From positions 311,141 through 375,140 of the forward strand of contig CAZNNM010000002.1 in NCBI GenBank assembly GCA_964574415.1: DNA of 64,000 nt, in the 5' to 3' direction. Below are positions 1 to 10,793 of the stretch, in pieces; positions within the stretch are counted from its first letter, which is position 1; the number at the start of each line of letters is the position of its first letter. The stretch is from an uncultured Rickettsiales bacterium (GTDB taxonomy: Bacteria; Pseudomonadota; Alphaproteobacteria; Rickettsiales; CAZNNM01). The notes beneath the pieces are model-generated. The model did not search any database. It saw only the letters and a list, made by a program, of their open reading frames with translations, and was not told the DNA's origin. The position numbers and the translations under genes are program-made.

Positions 1-750
1 GATTCCATCCGCACAGAAGAAATTGGTGTAACTGGCTCGATGATGCGCGGCAGCACCAATGAAAGCTTAATGCTGACAGGCGATGAAAACATCGTGGATG
101 TGAAACTCGATATTCAGTGGAATATTAAAGACCCATATGCATTTTTGTTCCATGTGCGTAATAGCTATGGCGAAAATACTATTAAGAACGTAGCAGAAAG
201 CGCTGTGCGCAGTGTGGTAGGGAACTCCACTTATAATGCAGCTATCGGCGGCGAAGGCCGTGCGCAGATTGCAGAAAAAACCCATAAGCTCCTGCAATCG
301 ATTCTAGACTCCTATAATATGGGCGTGCAAGTTACCTCTATTCAAATTAAACCGATTGACCCACCAGCAGAAGTACTCAATGCCTTCCGTGACGTGCAAA
401 CCGCGCGTGCAGATAAAGAGCGGGAGATTAACCAGGCCGAAGCCTATCGCAACGATGTTCTTCCTCGTGCCAAAGGTGCGGCAGCAAAAATGGTGCAAGA
501 AGCACAAGCCTATCGCAGCGAAGCTGTCGCCCGTGCTGAAGGGGAGGCAAACCGTTTTGCAGCTGTCTATGAGCAATATAAATCCGCTAAGGACGTGACT
601 CGTCAGCGTATGTATATTGAGACGATGGAAGAGATTATGACCAATATCGATAAAATCATCATTGATAAAAGTGCTGGAAGCCAAGGAGTAGTACCCTATC
701 TACCGCTCTCTGAGCTGAATAAGAAAACAACAACAACCGAGGGGAGATAG
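1..750 (+). CDS. hflK: FtsH protease modulator HflK (5'-partial; frame open from window edge)
   Basis: SPFH/band-7 motifs (AFRDVQTARADKEREINQAEAY, AEGEANRF); directly upstream of hflC. Confidence 0.95.
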   Translation, partial: DSIRTEEIGVTGSMMRGSTNESLMLTGDENIVDVKLDIQWNIKDPYAFLFHVRNSYGENTIKNVAESAVRSVVGNSTYNAAIGGEGRAQIAEKTHKLLQSILDSYNMGVQVTSIQIKPIDPPAEVLNAFRDVQTARADKEREINQAEAYRNDVLPRAKGAAAKMVQEAQAYRSEAVARAEGEANRFAAVYEQYKSAKDVTRQRMYIETMEEIMTNIDKIIIDKSAGSQGVVPYLPLSELNKKTTTTEGR

Positions 751-752
751 TC

Positions 753-1604
753 ATGCAGAAGAAATGGATATTTATTGTTGCGGCTATCGTCGTTTTATTG
801 TTTAGCAGCCTCTATATCGTCAAAGAGCCTGATCTCGTCCTGGTACGTCGATTGGGAGAAGTGGTGGATGTGAAATCGACTCCAGGTTTGCGTGTCAAAG
901 TGCCGTTTATTGATACGGTGTTATTTTATGACAAACGTATTTTGGATATCAATCTTTCACCACAAGAAGTCATTGCGAAAGACCGTAAGCGGGTGATTAT
1001 TGATGCCTTTGCGAAATACCGTATTACGGATCCGCTCAAATTCTATCAATCTGTACAAAACGAGATGACACTCTATACACGTTTCGGCCCAGTGCTAGAA
1101 TCAAGCCTGCGCGAGGAGGTGGGACGTATTGATTTGGTAGATTTACTTTCGGAGAAGCGTTTTGATGTAATCAAAAACATCCGTACCCATGCCAATTTGG
1201 TGGCAAAAAACTACGGTATCGAAATTGTCGATGTGCGCCTGCGCCGTACTGATTTACCAGAAGAAAACAGTAATGCGATTTATGAGCGGATGAAAACCGA
1301 ACATGAAAAAGAAGCCCGCCAAACCCGCGCGGAAGGCGCAGAACAAGCAGCGCGTACGAAATCGGAAGCCGATAAAGAACGCCGTGTGATTCTGGCCGAA
1401 GCCGGCAAAGAAGCCAATATCACCCGAGGTGAAGGCGATGCGCAAGCCACCAAAATCTTCGCCCGCGCCTTCGGGCAAGATGCCGATTTCTTCGCATTCT
1501 ACCGCTCTATGCAAGCCTACCGCCAAACCTTCAATAGTGATCATACACGTATGGTATTATCACCAGACAGTGATTTCTTGAAGTATTTGGAGAAGAATAG
1601 GTAA
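753..1604 (+). CDS. hflC: FtsH protease modulator HflC
   Basis: N-terminal TM helix, DKRIL, YERMKTE..EA...RAEG motifs; follows hflK. Confidence 0.95.
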   Translation: MQKKWIFIVAAIVVLLFSSLYIVKEPDLVLVRRLGEVVDVKSTPGLRVKVPFIDTVLFYDKRILDINLSPQEVIAKDRKRVIIDAFAKYRITDPLKFYQSVQNEMTLYTRFGPVLESSLREEVGRIDLVDLLSEKRFDVIKNIRTHANLVAKNYGIEIVDVRLRRTDLPEENSNAIYERMKTEHEKEARQTRAEGAEQAARTKSEADKERRVILAEAGKEANITRGEGDAQATKIFARAFGQDADFFAFYRSMQAYRQTFNSDHTRMVLSPDSDFLKYLEKNR

Positions 1605-1613
1605 GTTTTTTTG

Positions 1614-1641
1614 AGAGGGGGTAATTACCCCCTCTTTTTTT
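1614..1641 (+). terminator. Intrinsic terminator after hflKC
   Basis: Palindrome AGAGGGGGTAATTACCCCCTCT followed by a T-tract. Confidence 0.8.
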
Positions 1642-1690
1642 ATTGTCACACGCTAAATTGCATAAATCTGGCAGATGCCAATATATACTC

Positions 1691-1845
1691 TGTCATTCTT
1701 GGGCTTGACCCAAGAATCCATCCGAAACAAATAGTATTATTCAAAACCGTATTCTTGTTATGTCGTCATCGCGAGGCTTAGCCGTGGCGATCTAGACCTA
1801 CCCTGCCCCTGGATTGCCACGTCGCTAACGCTCCTCGCAATGACG
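1691..1845. repeat. Palindromic repeat cluster: single family-A arm (1691-1722) and family-C pair (1764-1845)
   Basis: GTCAT-tcttggg-CTTGA-cccaaga-ATCCA; CGTCATCGCGAG...CTCGCAATGACG. Confidence 0.85.
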
Positions 1846-1981
1846 GAAAACCATGCTATAACGTTCAAGCTCAAGGGGGACCATACCCCAAACTATATCC
1901 CCCATTTGCCCACTAGGATCATACTAAAAAATATAGTATACTGGCCTTTCCATCACTCACTTGTTACGACAAAGGATAAGT

Positions 1982-3361
1982 ATGCTTCACCGGATATTGG
2001 TCATTCTGACACTGCTTGTTACCACCGCCCCCGCCTATGCCCGCGCAATGCCGGATAGTTTTGCTGATCTTGTGGAAGAACTCAGCCCTGCGGTGGTGAA
2101 TGTGTCAAGCGATCAAGTCGTCACCCCTCCCCCATCCGCCCCAGGCACACCGCCGAGCGATGATGACTCTGCCGATAAAACCACTTCACTGGGCTCAGGA
2201 TTCATCATTGATCCTAAAGGCTATATCGTTACCAATAATCACGTGCTCGGCGATGCAGAAGATGTGAGCATTCGCTTAAGTGATGACACTACACTAGAAG
2301 CCACCATCATCGGCCGTGATGCCAAAACCGATTTGGCCTTGCTCAAAGTCGAAAGTAAAAAACCCCTGCCTTATGTCTCTTTCGGTGATTCTGATGACAC
2401 ACGTGTAGGCGACTGGGTGATTGTGATTGGAAACCCGTTTGGGTTAGGCGGCTCGGTGAGTGCCGGTATTATCTCCGCCCGGGCGCGTGATATTCATGCA
2501 GGGCCGTTTGATGACTTTTTACAAACCGATGCCGCGATTAACCGTGGAAACTCCGGTGGGCCGATGTTTAATGCGCAAGGTAAAGTAGTTGGCATTAATA
2601 CGGCTATTTACTCTCCATCCGGCGGCAATATCGGCATCGGCTTTGCCGTTCCTTCCTCCCTTGCTATGCCCGTAATCAAGCAATTGCGTGATAAAGGCTA
2701 TGTAGAACGCGGCTGGCTGGGTGTTAAAATCCAAGAAGTCACACCGGATATTGCTGAAAGCATTGGCCTGAAAAATACCACAGGCGCCATGGTCGTAGGC
2801 GTTACGACGGGCAGCCCTGCGGATAAAAGCGGCCTGATCCCTGGCGATGTGATCACCGCCCTTAACGGCCAAACTATCCAGACCATGCGTAAGTTGCCGC
2901 CCATTGTTGCCGGTATGCCGATTAACAAAAAAATCACCTTGGATATTTTCCGCATGGGTGCAAAGAAGAACCTGGAGATCACCATTGGCACACTTGATGA
3001 ACGTAATGAGAAAAATGGTTCTAAACGTGCCATCTCACAAGAAGATACACCCACCAATGCCAAACAAATCCTCGGCATGACCTTGGTGCCATTGGATGAT
3101 AGCTTGAGACAACATTATGAAATCAATAATAATGTCGAAGGCCTGCTCATCCTGAGCGTCGAGAAATCAAGCCAAGCATCCCATAAAGGCTTGCAGGCCG
3201 GCGATGTGATTCTCAATGCCAACCAACAGGCTATCACCGATATCAACACCTTAGTCAACACCCTCACCGACGTCAAACGCCAAGGCCGCGCTTCTGTGCT
3301 GCTCCTGCTCAGCCAACGGGGGAATACGCGGTTTATTGGGTTGCCGATTGTGAATAAATAA
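1982..3361 (+). CDS. degP: Do/DegP (HtrA) serine endopeptidase with two PDZ domains
   Basis: Signal peptide, TNNHV, TDLALL, INRGNSGGP catalytic motifs, RGWLGV PDZ entry; ATG 1982 preferred over TTG 1961. Confidence 0.9.
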   Translation: MLHRILVILTLLVTTAPAYARAMPDSFADLVEELSPAVVNVSSDQVVTPPPSAPGTPPSDDDSADKTTSLGSGFIIDPKGYIVTNNHVLGDAEDVSIRLSDDTTLEATIIGRDAKTDLALLKVESKKPLPYVSFGDSDDTRVGDWVIVIGNPFGLGGSVSAGIISARARDIHAGPFDDFLQTDAAINRGNSGGPMFNAQGKVVGINTAIYSPSGGNIGIGFAVPSSLAMPVIKQLRDKGYVERGWLGVKIQEVTPDIAESIGLKNTTGAMVVGVTTGSPADKSGLIPGDVITALNGQTIQTMRKLPPIVAGMPINKKITLDIFRMGAKKNLEITIGTLDERNEKNGSKRAISQEDTPTNAKQILGMTLVPLDDSLRQHYEINNNVEGLLILSVEKSSQASHKGLQAGDVILNANQQAITDINTLVNTLTDVKRQGRASVLLLLSQRGNTRFIGLPIVNK

Positions 3362-3366
3362 GGGGG

Positions 3367-3471
3367 CAGGATTCGGGATTCAGGATTCAGAGGGATACAG
3401 AAAAAAAATGTTGACATCTATGCTAGCTATGCCACTTTCCCTGAATCCTGATTTCCGAATCCTGAATCCTG
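3367..3471. repeat. Family-D heptamer-based inverted repeat
   Basis: CAGGATTCGGGATTCAGGATTCAGAGG ... CTGAATCCTGATTTCCGAATCCTGAATCCTG. Confidence 0.85.
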
Positions 3472-3490
3472 ATTATTAGAAAGCCTCACC

Positions 3491-4147
3491 ATGTCTACTC
3501 CCGTTAAAATCGCTCCGTCTATTCTCTCCGCCGATTTTGCCCAGCTAGGCAAAGAAGTGGCTGCTATTACGCAAGCCGGTGCAGATTATATCCATGTGGA
3601 TGTGATGGATGGCCATTTTGTGCCGAATTTGACCATCGGGCCATTAGTGGTCAAAGCCATTCGTTCGCATAGCGAGCGCGTTTTTGATGTGCATTTAATG
3701 ATTGAGCCGGTAGACCCGTATATTGCTGAATTTGCAGCAGCAGGAGCAGATATTATCACCGTCCATGCTGAAGCTGTCACCCACTTAGACCGTACTATTC
3801 AACTGATCCAATCCCATGGCAAGAAAGCCGGCGTGTCGCTTGTGCCTTCTACATCACCGGATGTATTGGATTATGTGCTGGATAAGTTGGATTTGGTGTT
3901 GGTCATGTCCGTAAACCCTGGGTTTGGCGGGCAGCAATTCCTTTCATCCCAATTGCCAAAAATCGAACATATCCGCCAGAAAATCAACCGTCTAGGCAAA
4001 GATATTGACCTGGAAGTGGATGGCGGCATCAACCCAGAAACCGCCAAACAATGTATTGCAGCCGGCGCCAATGTTTTGGTCGCAGGTTCTGCGGTATTTA
4101 AAGGTGGTGAATCTGCCTATGCTAGTAATATCAAGGCATTACGATAA
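3491..4147 (+). CDS. rpe: Ribulose-phosphate 3-epimerase
   Basis: [37 protein letters not shown] motifs. Confidence 0.97.
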   Translation: MSTPVKIAPSILSADFAQLGKEVAAITQAGADYIHVDVMDGHFVPNLTIGPLVVKAIRSHSERVFDVHLMIEPVDPYIAEFAAAGADIITVHAEAVTHLDRTIQLIQSHGKKAGVSLVPSTSPDVLDYVLDKLDLVLVMSVNPGFGGQQFLSSQLPKIEHIRQKINRLGKDIDLEVDGGINPETAKQCIAAGANVLVAGSAVFKGGESAYASNIKALR

Positions 4148-4297
4148 TATAAAATACGCCACACCCTCTAAAAAGTTAAGGCTTCCTTTACCCTCTTTGG
4201 CGTAAAATACAAGGAGATATTGTAATTACAAATTGCCAAATTGGCCAAAATGTAATACATTTCTTAGTATAATGCCTTTTAGAATTGTATAGTAGTA

Positions 4298-5761
4298 ATG
4301 ACATATACTATCCTCATTGTTGATGACGATCCGAATCAGCAACGTATTGCTGAGCATATCCTGCGCGATAAAATGGAATATAATACCATTGTCGTAGGCG
4401 GCGGTAAGGAAGCGATTGATATCCTTAGCTCTGAACGAGCCCATACTATTGATCTGGTGCTGCTTGATCTCTCTATGCCGCAAGTTAGCGGGATGGATGT
4501 GCTGCGTGCTGTCAAACCGCTCAAGCGCACTCCACCGATTATCGTGCGCACTGCACATGACGATGTGGATCTTGCGGTTGAAGCGATGAAAGCCGGTGCG
4601 GTGGATTTTGTGACCAAGCAAGATGGTATCCAAAAACTGCAAACCTCCATCCATAATGCACTACGCCTTTATGCTGTTAGCGATGAATTACTGCGTTTGA
4701 AACGTAGCATTGGTGCGCAAGTTACCTTCTCTAATATTATTGGCGAAAGTGCCATCATCAACGAAACCATTGCCCTGGGCCGAAAAGCGGGCCGCTCGAA
4801 TATCCCCGTCTGCATTCAAGGGGAAAGCGGTGTGGGTAAAGAATTACTCGCACAGGCCATTCATAGCGATAGTGACCGCGCGCACAAGCCATTTGTAGCC
4901 GTAAACTGTGGTGCCATTCCTGAAAACCTGGTAGAGAGCATTCTCTTCGGCCATGAAAAAGGAGCATTTACAGGGGCGATTGAAAAAAGCATCGGTAAAT
5001 TCCGCGAAGCGGAAGGCGGCACATTGTTCCTGGATGAGGTGGGAGAATTAAGCCCTAATATCCAAGTGAAACTCTTGCGTGCATTGCAAGAAGGCGAAGT
5101 AGAATCCGTTGGCGGCAAACAACCAGTCAAAGTGGATATCCGCGTCATCTCTGCGACCAATAAAGATTTAGCCGAACGTGTCAAACGTGCTGAATTCCGT
5201 GAGGATTTATATTACCGCCTGCATGTATTCCCTATCATGGTTCCACCACTGCGTGACCGTAAGGATGATATTCCATTAATGATCGACTACTTCTGCAAGC
5301 GCTTTGCCGCGGAAGAAGAAAAACCCATTATCGCTGTGACCGAACGCGCGCGGAACGTGCTGATCAATTACCAATGGCCTGGGAATATACGCGAGTTGAA
5401 GAATGTGATTTTCCGTGCTGTGGTATTAAGCGATAATGAGTATCTGGATGTTGCCGACTTCCCGCATATCGTCCATCAGCTAGAAGTCTCCCAACACCGC
5501 CAAACCGCACAGCAAATCGCGACCTATACACGCTCATCTGATACTGATGAAGCTGCGATTTCCACCGTGGATGCTTCTGGTCACTTTATGACACTGGGCA
5601 AAATGGAAGAGGAAGTGATTCGCTCTGCGATGAAGTTCTATAATGGCCGCATTTCTGAAGTAGCCCGCCGTCTAGGCATTGGCCGTTCAACGCTCTACCG
5701 AAAACTCACTGAGATGGGATTGCATGAATACCGTCCTGGTGAGGATGATAAAGATGAGTAG
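4298..5761 (+). CDS. Sigma-54-dependent response regulator (REC-AAA-HTH), possibly TacA-like
   Basis: REC domain (VDDD, DLSMP), GESGVGKE Walker A, GAFTGA, C-terminal ARRLGIGRSTLYRKL Fis-type HTH. Confidence 0.92.
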   Translation: MTYTILIVDDDPNQQRIAEHILRDKMEYNTIVVGGGKEAIDILSSERAHTIDLVLLDLSMPQVSGMDVLRAVKPLKRTPPIIVRTAHDDVDLAVEAMKAGAVDFVTKQDGIQKLQTSIHNALRLYAVSDELLRLKRSIGAQVTFSNIIGESAIINETIALGRKAGRSNIPVCIQGESGVGKELLAQAIHSDSDRAHKPFVAVNCGAIPENLVESILFGHEKGAFTGAIEKSIGKFREAEGGTLFLDEVGELSPNIQVKLLRALQEGEVESVGGKQPVKVDIRVISATNKDLAERVKRAEFREDLYYRLHVFPIMVPPLRDRKDDIPLMIDYFCKRFAAEEEKPIIAVTERARNVLINYQWPGNIRELKNVIFRAVVLSDNEYLDVADFPHIVHQLEVSQHRQTAQQIATYTRSSDTDEAAISTVDASGHFMTLGKMEEEVIRSAMKFYNGRISEVARRLGIGRSTLYRKLTEMGLHEYRPGEDDKDE

Positions 5762-6338
5762 CAAACATCCAAAGCGCTTGATCGTAGGCATTAGTGGCGC
5801 TTCCGGTGCTATCTATGGCATTGCTTTATTAGAAGCCTTACGCGCGCTTTCTATCGAATCGCATTTGGTGATGAGCAAATCAGCCCATCTGACTATTACT
5901 TCTGAAACCCCCTTCTCACTTGAAGATGTGCAGCGTAAGGCGGATGTTGTTTATCAAGTGGCTGATGTGGGCGCTACGATTGCGAGTGGCTCGTTTAAAA
6001 CCATGGGGATGGTGATTGCACCATGCTCTGTGCGCACCATGTCTGAAATTGCCACTGGCGTTACTTCCTCCTTGCTCACACGCGCCGCCGATGTGGTGTT
6101 AAAAGAACGCCGTAAACTCGTGCTGATGGTACGCGAAACACCGTTCCATACAGGGCATTTGCGCACGATGCTACAACTCTCCGAAATGGGCGCCATTATC
6201 GCTCCGCCATTGCCCGCTTTTTACATACGGCCAAAGAATGTAGATAGCTTAGTAAATCACTCTATCGGCCGGATTTTAGACCTTTTTGATATCGATAACG
6301 CGCTCGCCCATAGGTGGAAGGGGCTGCAATCGTCATAA
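5754..6338 (+). CDS. ubiX: UbiX flavin prenyltransferase
   Basis: GISGASGAIYG, APCS, RAADVVLKERR, RETP motifs; ATG 5754 overlaps upstream stop. Confidence 0.93.
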   Translation: MSSKHPKRLIVGISGASGAIYGIALLEALRALSIESHLVMSKSAHLTITSETPFSLEDVQRKADVVYQVADVGATIASGSFKTMGMVIAPCSVRTMSEIATGVTSSLLTRAADVVLKERRKLVLMVRETPFHTGHLRTMLQLSEMGAIIAPPLPAFYIRPKNVDSLVNHSIGRILDLFDIDNALAHRWKGLQSS

Positions 6339-6462
6339 TTTTTCTATACTATGCTTTTATTTGCGTGAAATTAACCAATGTTTACGCTATAATACCCTTT
6401 TTAGGTGCCATGTAGGCGCCTAATGGTATAACCTTTTATCTATCAGTGGATGTTTGCAATCT

Positions 6463-6663
6463 ATGGGCGAACAGGAAAAGTTGTTACGTGAACTGGACAT
6501 GCTCTTAAAAGAGCATAAAGAACTAGATGTCACGATCCAAGACCTCTCTCGAGAAACCGTTGTTGACCAACTGCGCATACAACGTCTTAAGAAGCGCAAG
6601 CTATGGCTTAAAGACCGTATTGCGCAAGTACAATCGCTTATCCATCCTGATATTATTGCGTAG
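6463..6663 (+). CDS. DUF465/YdcH-family small coiled-coil protein
   Basis: EHKELD..I..L......DQLRIQRLKKRKLWLKDRI pattern. Confidence 0.8.
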   Translation: MGEQEKLLRELDMLLKEHKELDVTIQDLSRETVVDQLRIQRLKKRKLWLKDRIAQVQSLIHPDIIA

Positions 6664-6666
6664 GCT

Positions 6667-7248
6667 ATGAATCCCTTCTCTAAACGCAATCTCATATTTT
6701 TTGGCATTGCTGCTGTGGTGATCATAGCAAGCTTTGCGTTGGATTCCCTGACGCCACGCCATGATACTGCTGCCTATTCAGGTAAGCTTGAAACTTTAGA
6801 ATTGCTGGAAGCTACTAAACTTCCTAATACCTTACGGGACTATCGCAAGAATGCGGATTTGACACTGGTATTCATGTATACTGGCTGGTGCCCCGTATGC
6901 GAGCGCGCCTTTCCACAAACCATGGCATTGGCAGAGCGTTATAAAAGCGCAGGGCTAGCTGTAATGGGACTTTCAGTGGATAGTGAACCAGGCCGCACTG
7001 AAGCATTCCTCAACCGTAAAGGCGAGATACCTTTTAACAATTATCAAATCGCCGAAGCAGCGCGTGGGGATTTTATGTCCACCCTTGAAACGCTCGGCAT
7101 CACTTACAATAACGGCGTTCCTTACGTCGTATTGCTTGATAAATCTGGCAAAATCATTGCGCAAGGCAATTATACAATTTCCTCTATGGAACGCTTAATT
7201 CAGCCTATGCTGCGCCATAAAGACGCTCTCAAGAAAGACGCTATATAA
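6667..7248 (+). CDS. TlpA-like thiol-disulfide oxidoreductase
   Basis: N-terminal TM anchor, WCPVC motif, [14 protein letters not shown] cis-Pro loop. Confidence 0.85.
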   Translation: MNPFSKRNLIFFGIAAVVIIASFALDSLTPRHDTAAYSGKLETLELLEATKLPNTLRDYRKNADLTLVFMYTGWCPVCERAFPQTMALAERYKSAGLAVMGLSVDSEPGRTEAFLNRKGEIPFNNYQIAEAARGDFMSTLETLGITYNNGVPYVVLLDKSGKIIAQGNYTISSMERLIQPMLRHKDALKKDAI

Positions 7249-7733
7249 TGACCACAACCCCTCGTATCAGTATTATCATGGGCAGCCAATCCGATTGGGA
7301 GACCATGCAGGAAGCCGCTTTAGTGCTTGATCAATTAGGCGTGACCTACGAAAAACGCATCGTTTCCGCCCATCGCACACCAGAGCGCCTGTTTAGCTTC
7401 AGCAAAGAAGCTAAAAGTCGTGGCATACAAGTGATTATTGCTGGCGCTGGCGGGGCTGCGCATCTGCCCGGCATGGTAGCCTCACTCACCTCCCTGCCCG
7501 TTCTAGGCGTGCCTGTTGAAAGCAAAGCACTCAAAGGTATGGATAGCCTGCTATCCATCGTACAAATGCCTGGCGGCATTCCTGTAGGCACGGTTGCTAT
7601 TGGCAAGGCAGGGGCAAAGAATGCAGGGCTGCTAGCCTGTTCCATCCTCGCACTGAATGATAACGCACTAAGCCAGAAGCTTGAGCAATGGCGCAAAGCA
7701 CAGACAGAGAGTGTGGCTGAGATTCCGGTGTAG
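7248..7733 (+). CDS. purE: N5-CAIR mutase
   Basis: [34 protein letters not shown]. Confidence 0.97.
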   Translation: MTTTPRISIIMGSQSDWETMQEAALVLDQLGVTYEKRIVSAHRTPERLFSFSKEAKSRGIQVIIAGAGGAAHLPGMVASLTSLPVLGVPVESKALKGMDSLLSIVQMPGGIPVGTVAIGKAGAKNAGLLACSILALNDNALSQKLEQWRKAQTESVAEIPV

Positions 7734-7741
7734 TAAGAGGG

Positions 7742-7767
7742 CAGGATTCGAGATTCAGTATCCAGAG
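7742..7767. repeat. Degenerate single family-D arm after purE stop
   Basis: CAGGATTCGAGATTCAGTATCCAGAG. Confidence 0.6.
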
Positions 7768-7806
7768 AGTTGGGATTCGCTGGTTTAACTAGCTATGTTT
7801 AAACTC

Positions 7807-7834
7807 CTCAGCTTATCCATTGCTGAGATTTTTT
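7807..7834 (+). terminator. Possible intrinsic terminator after purE
   Basis: CTCAGC-N9-GCTGAG stem followed by ATTTTTT. Confidence 0.5.
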
Positions 7835-7840
7835 AGCACC

Positions 7841-8052
7841 GTCATCCTTGGACTTGATCCAAGGATCCATCCTAAACAGAGAGCAACAATACGGCTTTGA
7901 ATGATGCTATGTATTTCAGATGGATTCTTGGATCAAGTCCAAGAATGACAGAGGAACCATGCCACCATCATCGCGAGCGCAAGCGAAGCGATCCACCTAT
8001 CCTAGAACCATACTCATGGATTGCCGCGTTGCTAACGCTCCTCGCAATGACA
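7841..8052. repeat. Family-A pair (7841-7950) plus family-C pair (7966-8052)
   Basis: GTCATCCTTGGACTTGATCCAAGGATCCA...TGGATTCTTGGATCAAGTCCAAGAATGAC; ...GGATTGCCGCGTTGCTAACGCTCCTCGCAATGAC. Confidence 0.9.
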
Positions 8053-8087
8053 GAGACTTACGACAAGATACACATCTTGCCCAACAC

Positions 8088-9485
8088 CTAATCCCCAACC
8101 CGAATACGATCCACCAATTGCTTCACGGTTGGAATAAATCCATCTTTATAGAACGGATCTAACCCGAACTGATAGGCATTATGCCCAGCAAACATCAGGT
8201 TCTGCTCGGTATCACCACCATGGGCGATATTTTGCAGGGTTTTTTGGATGCAGAAGCTACGCGGATCGGCTTTTTTACCGGTGGTATATTCATCATGATC
8301 CATCCAGTTGCTAAACTTACAGAAGCTCAAACAGCCCATGCAATCCACCTGGTCTTTAAGCAATTCTGCTTCTTTCTCAGGCGCCACGAAAATCAATGTA
8401 GAATCCGGTGTCTTCATCGCTTGAGTAAAGCCTTGCGATACCCACATCTCCGCACGTGCTTTATCTTGCGGCTCCAGGTAAACCGGACGGCCGCGCGCGC
8501 CTACTCCAAAGGCTTCTGTCAACACGCCTTCTGGCTTGCTTACATACGGCACTTGGCGCTCAGAGCGCTCGTGTAATTCGCGCAAGAACGGGTTATGCAC
8601 CGCAGAGGAATAGAAGCCTGTTGGGCTAAAACGGTGCAGATACACATCACCGCTATGCACTTGCAGCAAGCGCTTCTTCCATGCATCGGAAATTGGACTT
8701 TCTTGCGTCAATAATGGACGCGTACCGAATTGGAAAGCCACGGGGCCGATTTCAGGATTATCCAGCCAATTCGCCCAATCACGTAAATACCACACACCAC
8801 CTGCCATAATAATCGGCACATGCTGCAAACCAAATTCATTCATGCAGGCACGAAGCTCTGCTACACGTGGATACGGATCTTCAGGGCGCAATGGGTCTTC
8901 ATTATTCGACAGGCCATTATGCCCGCCTGCACGCCACGGGTCTTCATATACGATACCACCCATTAATTGTGGCGCTTTATGGTAAGCACGCTTCCACAAC
9001 GCACGGAAGGCGCGCATGGAGGATACGATGGGGTAATAATATACATTATAATGCTGCGCAATTTCCGCCAAACGATATGGCATACCTGCACCACAGGTAA
9101 TCCCATGCACCAGGCCTTTAGCGCCTTCTAATACACCGTGCAAAATACGCTCTGCACCGCCCATTTCCCATAACACATTCATATGGATACGGCCTTCACC
9201 ATTGGACATTTCGTGGGCGATACGTGCCTGACGGATGCCACCAGTAATACCAAACTCTACAAGCTCATCATGACGTTGACGGCGGGTTGTGCCGTGATAG
9301 ATTTGCGGGAGAATAGAGCCATCTGCAGCATAATCATCCGCATTCACACCGGAGAAAGTTCCCACAGCACCAGCAGCGGCAAAAGCACCGGCTGTACGGC
9401 CGCTACTGACGGCGATACCTTTTCCCCCTTCAATAATAGGGTAGACTTCTTTTCCTGAGATGAGAACGGGCTTAAGATTAAACAC
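8088..9485 (-). CDS. Nitronate monooxygenase-family (NAD(P)H-dependent flavin) oxidoreductase
   Basis: IIEGGKGI, GAGMP, AGGHNG, AGG..., QFGTR, MFAGHNAY motifs of the 2-nitropropane dioxygenase family. Confidence 0.82.
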   Translation of the reverse strand: MFNLKPVLISGKEVYPIIEGGKGIAVSSGRTAGAFAAAGAVGTFSGVNADDYAADGSILPQIYHGTTRRQRHDELVEFGITGGIRQARIAHEMSNGEGRIHMNVLWEMGGAERILHGVLEGAKGLVHGITCGAGMPYRLAEIAQHYNVYYYPIVSSMRAFRALWKRAYHKAPQLMGGIVYEDPWRAGGHNGLSNNEDPLRPEDPYPRVAELRACMNEFGLQHVPIIMAGGVWYLRDWANWLDNPEIGPVAFQFGTRPLLTQESPISDAWKKRLLQVHSGDVYLHRFSPTGFYSSAVHNPFLRELHERSERQVPYVSKPEGVLTEAFGVGARGRPVYLEPQDKARAEMWVSQGFTQAMKTPDSTLIFVAPEKEAELLKDQVDCMGCLSFCKFSNWMDHDEYTTGKKADPRSFCIQKTLQNIAHGGDTEQNLMFAGHNAYQFGLDPFYKDGFIPTVKQLVDRIRVGD

Positions 9486-9561
9486 CTGGCAATACCTTTT
9501 TTATCAACAAATGAACTATGCGGGCTAACATATAGCCAAAACGCACAAGAAGGAAGTTTTT

Positions 9562-10632
9562 TTATTTGGACAGTGCTAATGTCGTCACATGCCCCATCTT
9601 TCGGCCTTCGCGCGCCGTTAGTTTTCCATAAAGATGCAGCTTTGCGTGTGGGTCTTGCAGATAATGCTGCCAGTTATCCACCTCATGGCCAATTAAGTTG
9701 ACCATTACGGCTGGCGCTAATATATCCACCGAACCCAATGGCAAGCCGCATACCGCACGTACCAACTGTTCAAACTGGCTGGTAACGCAAGCATCAATCG
9801 TCCAATGCCCGGAATTATGCGGACGCGGTGCGATTTCATTGACTAGCACTTCGCCATCACGGCGCACAAAGAACTCCACCGCCACCACACCACATAAATC
9901 CAACTCTTCAGCAATTTTGCACGCGATATCACGGGCTTTCTTAGCAATCACAGGATCAATCTCAGCCGGTGCAATGGTTTTGGCCAAAATACCGTTCTTA
10001 TGGATATTCTCCACCACAGGATAGGCAAGCACGGTTTTATCTAACCCACGCGCCACCACAACAGAGACTTCCTTCACATAATCTACAAACGCTTCTAAAA
10101 TTCCTGTTCCAATAGGGTTATCCCGCCACAGCGCCTCCACATCATCCCCTTCGCGGATGACAAACTGGCCCTTACCGTCATAACCCATCTCAACGGTTTT
10201 CAGGATGCACGGGTAGCCTAGCTCTTGTAAGCCTTGCTTGAGCTCTACAGCTGAGGTGACAGCCTTATAAGGCGTGGTCGCAATACCACGCTCGCGCATA
10301 AAGCCTTTCTCACGCAAACGGTGCTGGGCAATATGCAGCACATTAGCACCTGGGCGCACATCGCCTTGTGCTTCCAGCATTTTCAAGGTTTCATAAGGGA
10401 TGTTCTCAAACTCAAACGTCATCACATCCACATTCTGGGAAAAATGGCGCAATGCCTCGCGGTCATCATAAGGCGCAATCGTCACACGATGGGATACCTG
10501 CTCCGCAGGCCCTGCTTTTTCAGGGGTATAAATATGGGAGCGATAGCCTAAATTAGCCGCTGCAATCGCCGTCATACGACCTAATTGACCACCACCAACA
10601 ATACCAATTACCGAACCAGGTTTAATCACCAT
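9562..10632 (-). CDS. purK: N5-CAIR synthase
   Basis: GGGQLGRM, TFEFEN, GYDGKGQ, NEIAPRPHNSGH, RKMGH. Confidence 0.97.
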   Translation of the reverse strand: MVIKPGSVIGIVGGGQLGRMTAIAAANLGYRSHIYTPEKAGPAEQVSHRVTIAPYDDREALRHFSQNVDVMTFEFENIPYETLKMLEAQGDVRPGANVLHIAQHRLREKGFMRERGIATTPYKAVTSAVELKQGLQELGYPCILKTVEMGYDGKGQFVIREGDDVEALWRDNPIGTGILEAFVDYVKEVSVVVARGLDKTVLAYPVVENIHKNGILAKTIAPAEIDPVIAKKARDIACKIAEELDLCGVVAVEFFVRRDGEVLVNEIAPRPHNSGHWTIDACVTSQFEQLVRAVCGLPLGSVDILAPAVMVNLIGHEVDNWQHYLQDPHAKLHLYGKLTAREGRKMGHVTTLALSK

Positions 10633-10793
10633 CGCCTCATTTCATAAATAAAGAAACTCTGGAAATAGCAGACTCTTGGCTTTTAGGCAAGGAAATCTGA
10701 TGGGTAATACGCCCTCAACGTAAAAAAATACGAGAGGCTTTCCAACATGTTCTTGTCATTCGTAGCCTTGACCGATGTTATTGCACGACGCAC

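Noticed and set aside
4226-4654. 142-aa minus-strand ORF
   Set aside because: Antisense shadow of the receiver domain of the sigma-54 regulator.
7897-8162. Small ORFs in repeat clusters (also 1840-2058, 10683-10868, 18858-19115, 41796-42044)
   Set aside because: They are translations of palindromic repeats or gene-end antisense, giving recurring pseudo-motifs such as WILGSSPRMT and IAALLTLLAMT.
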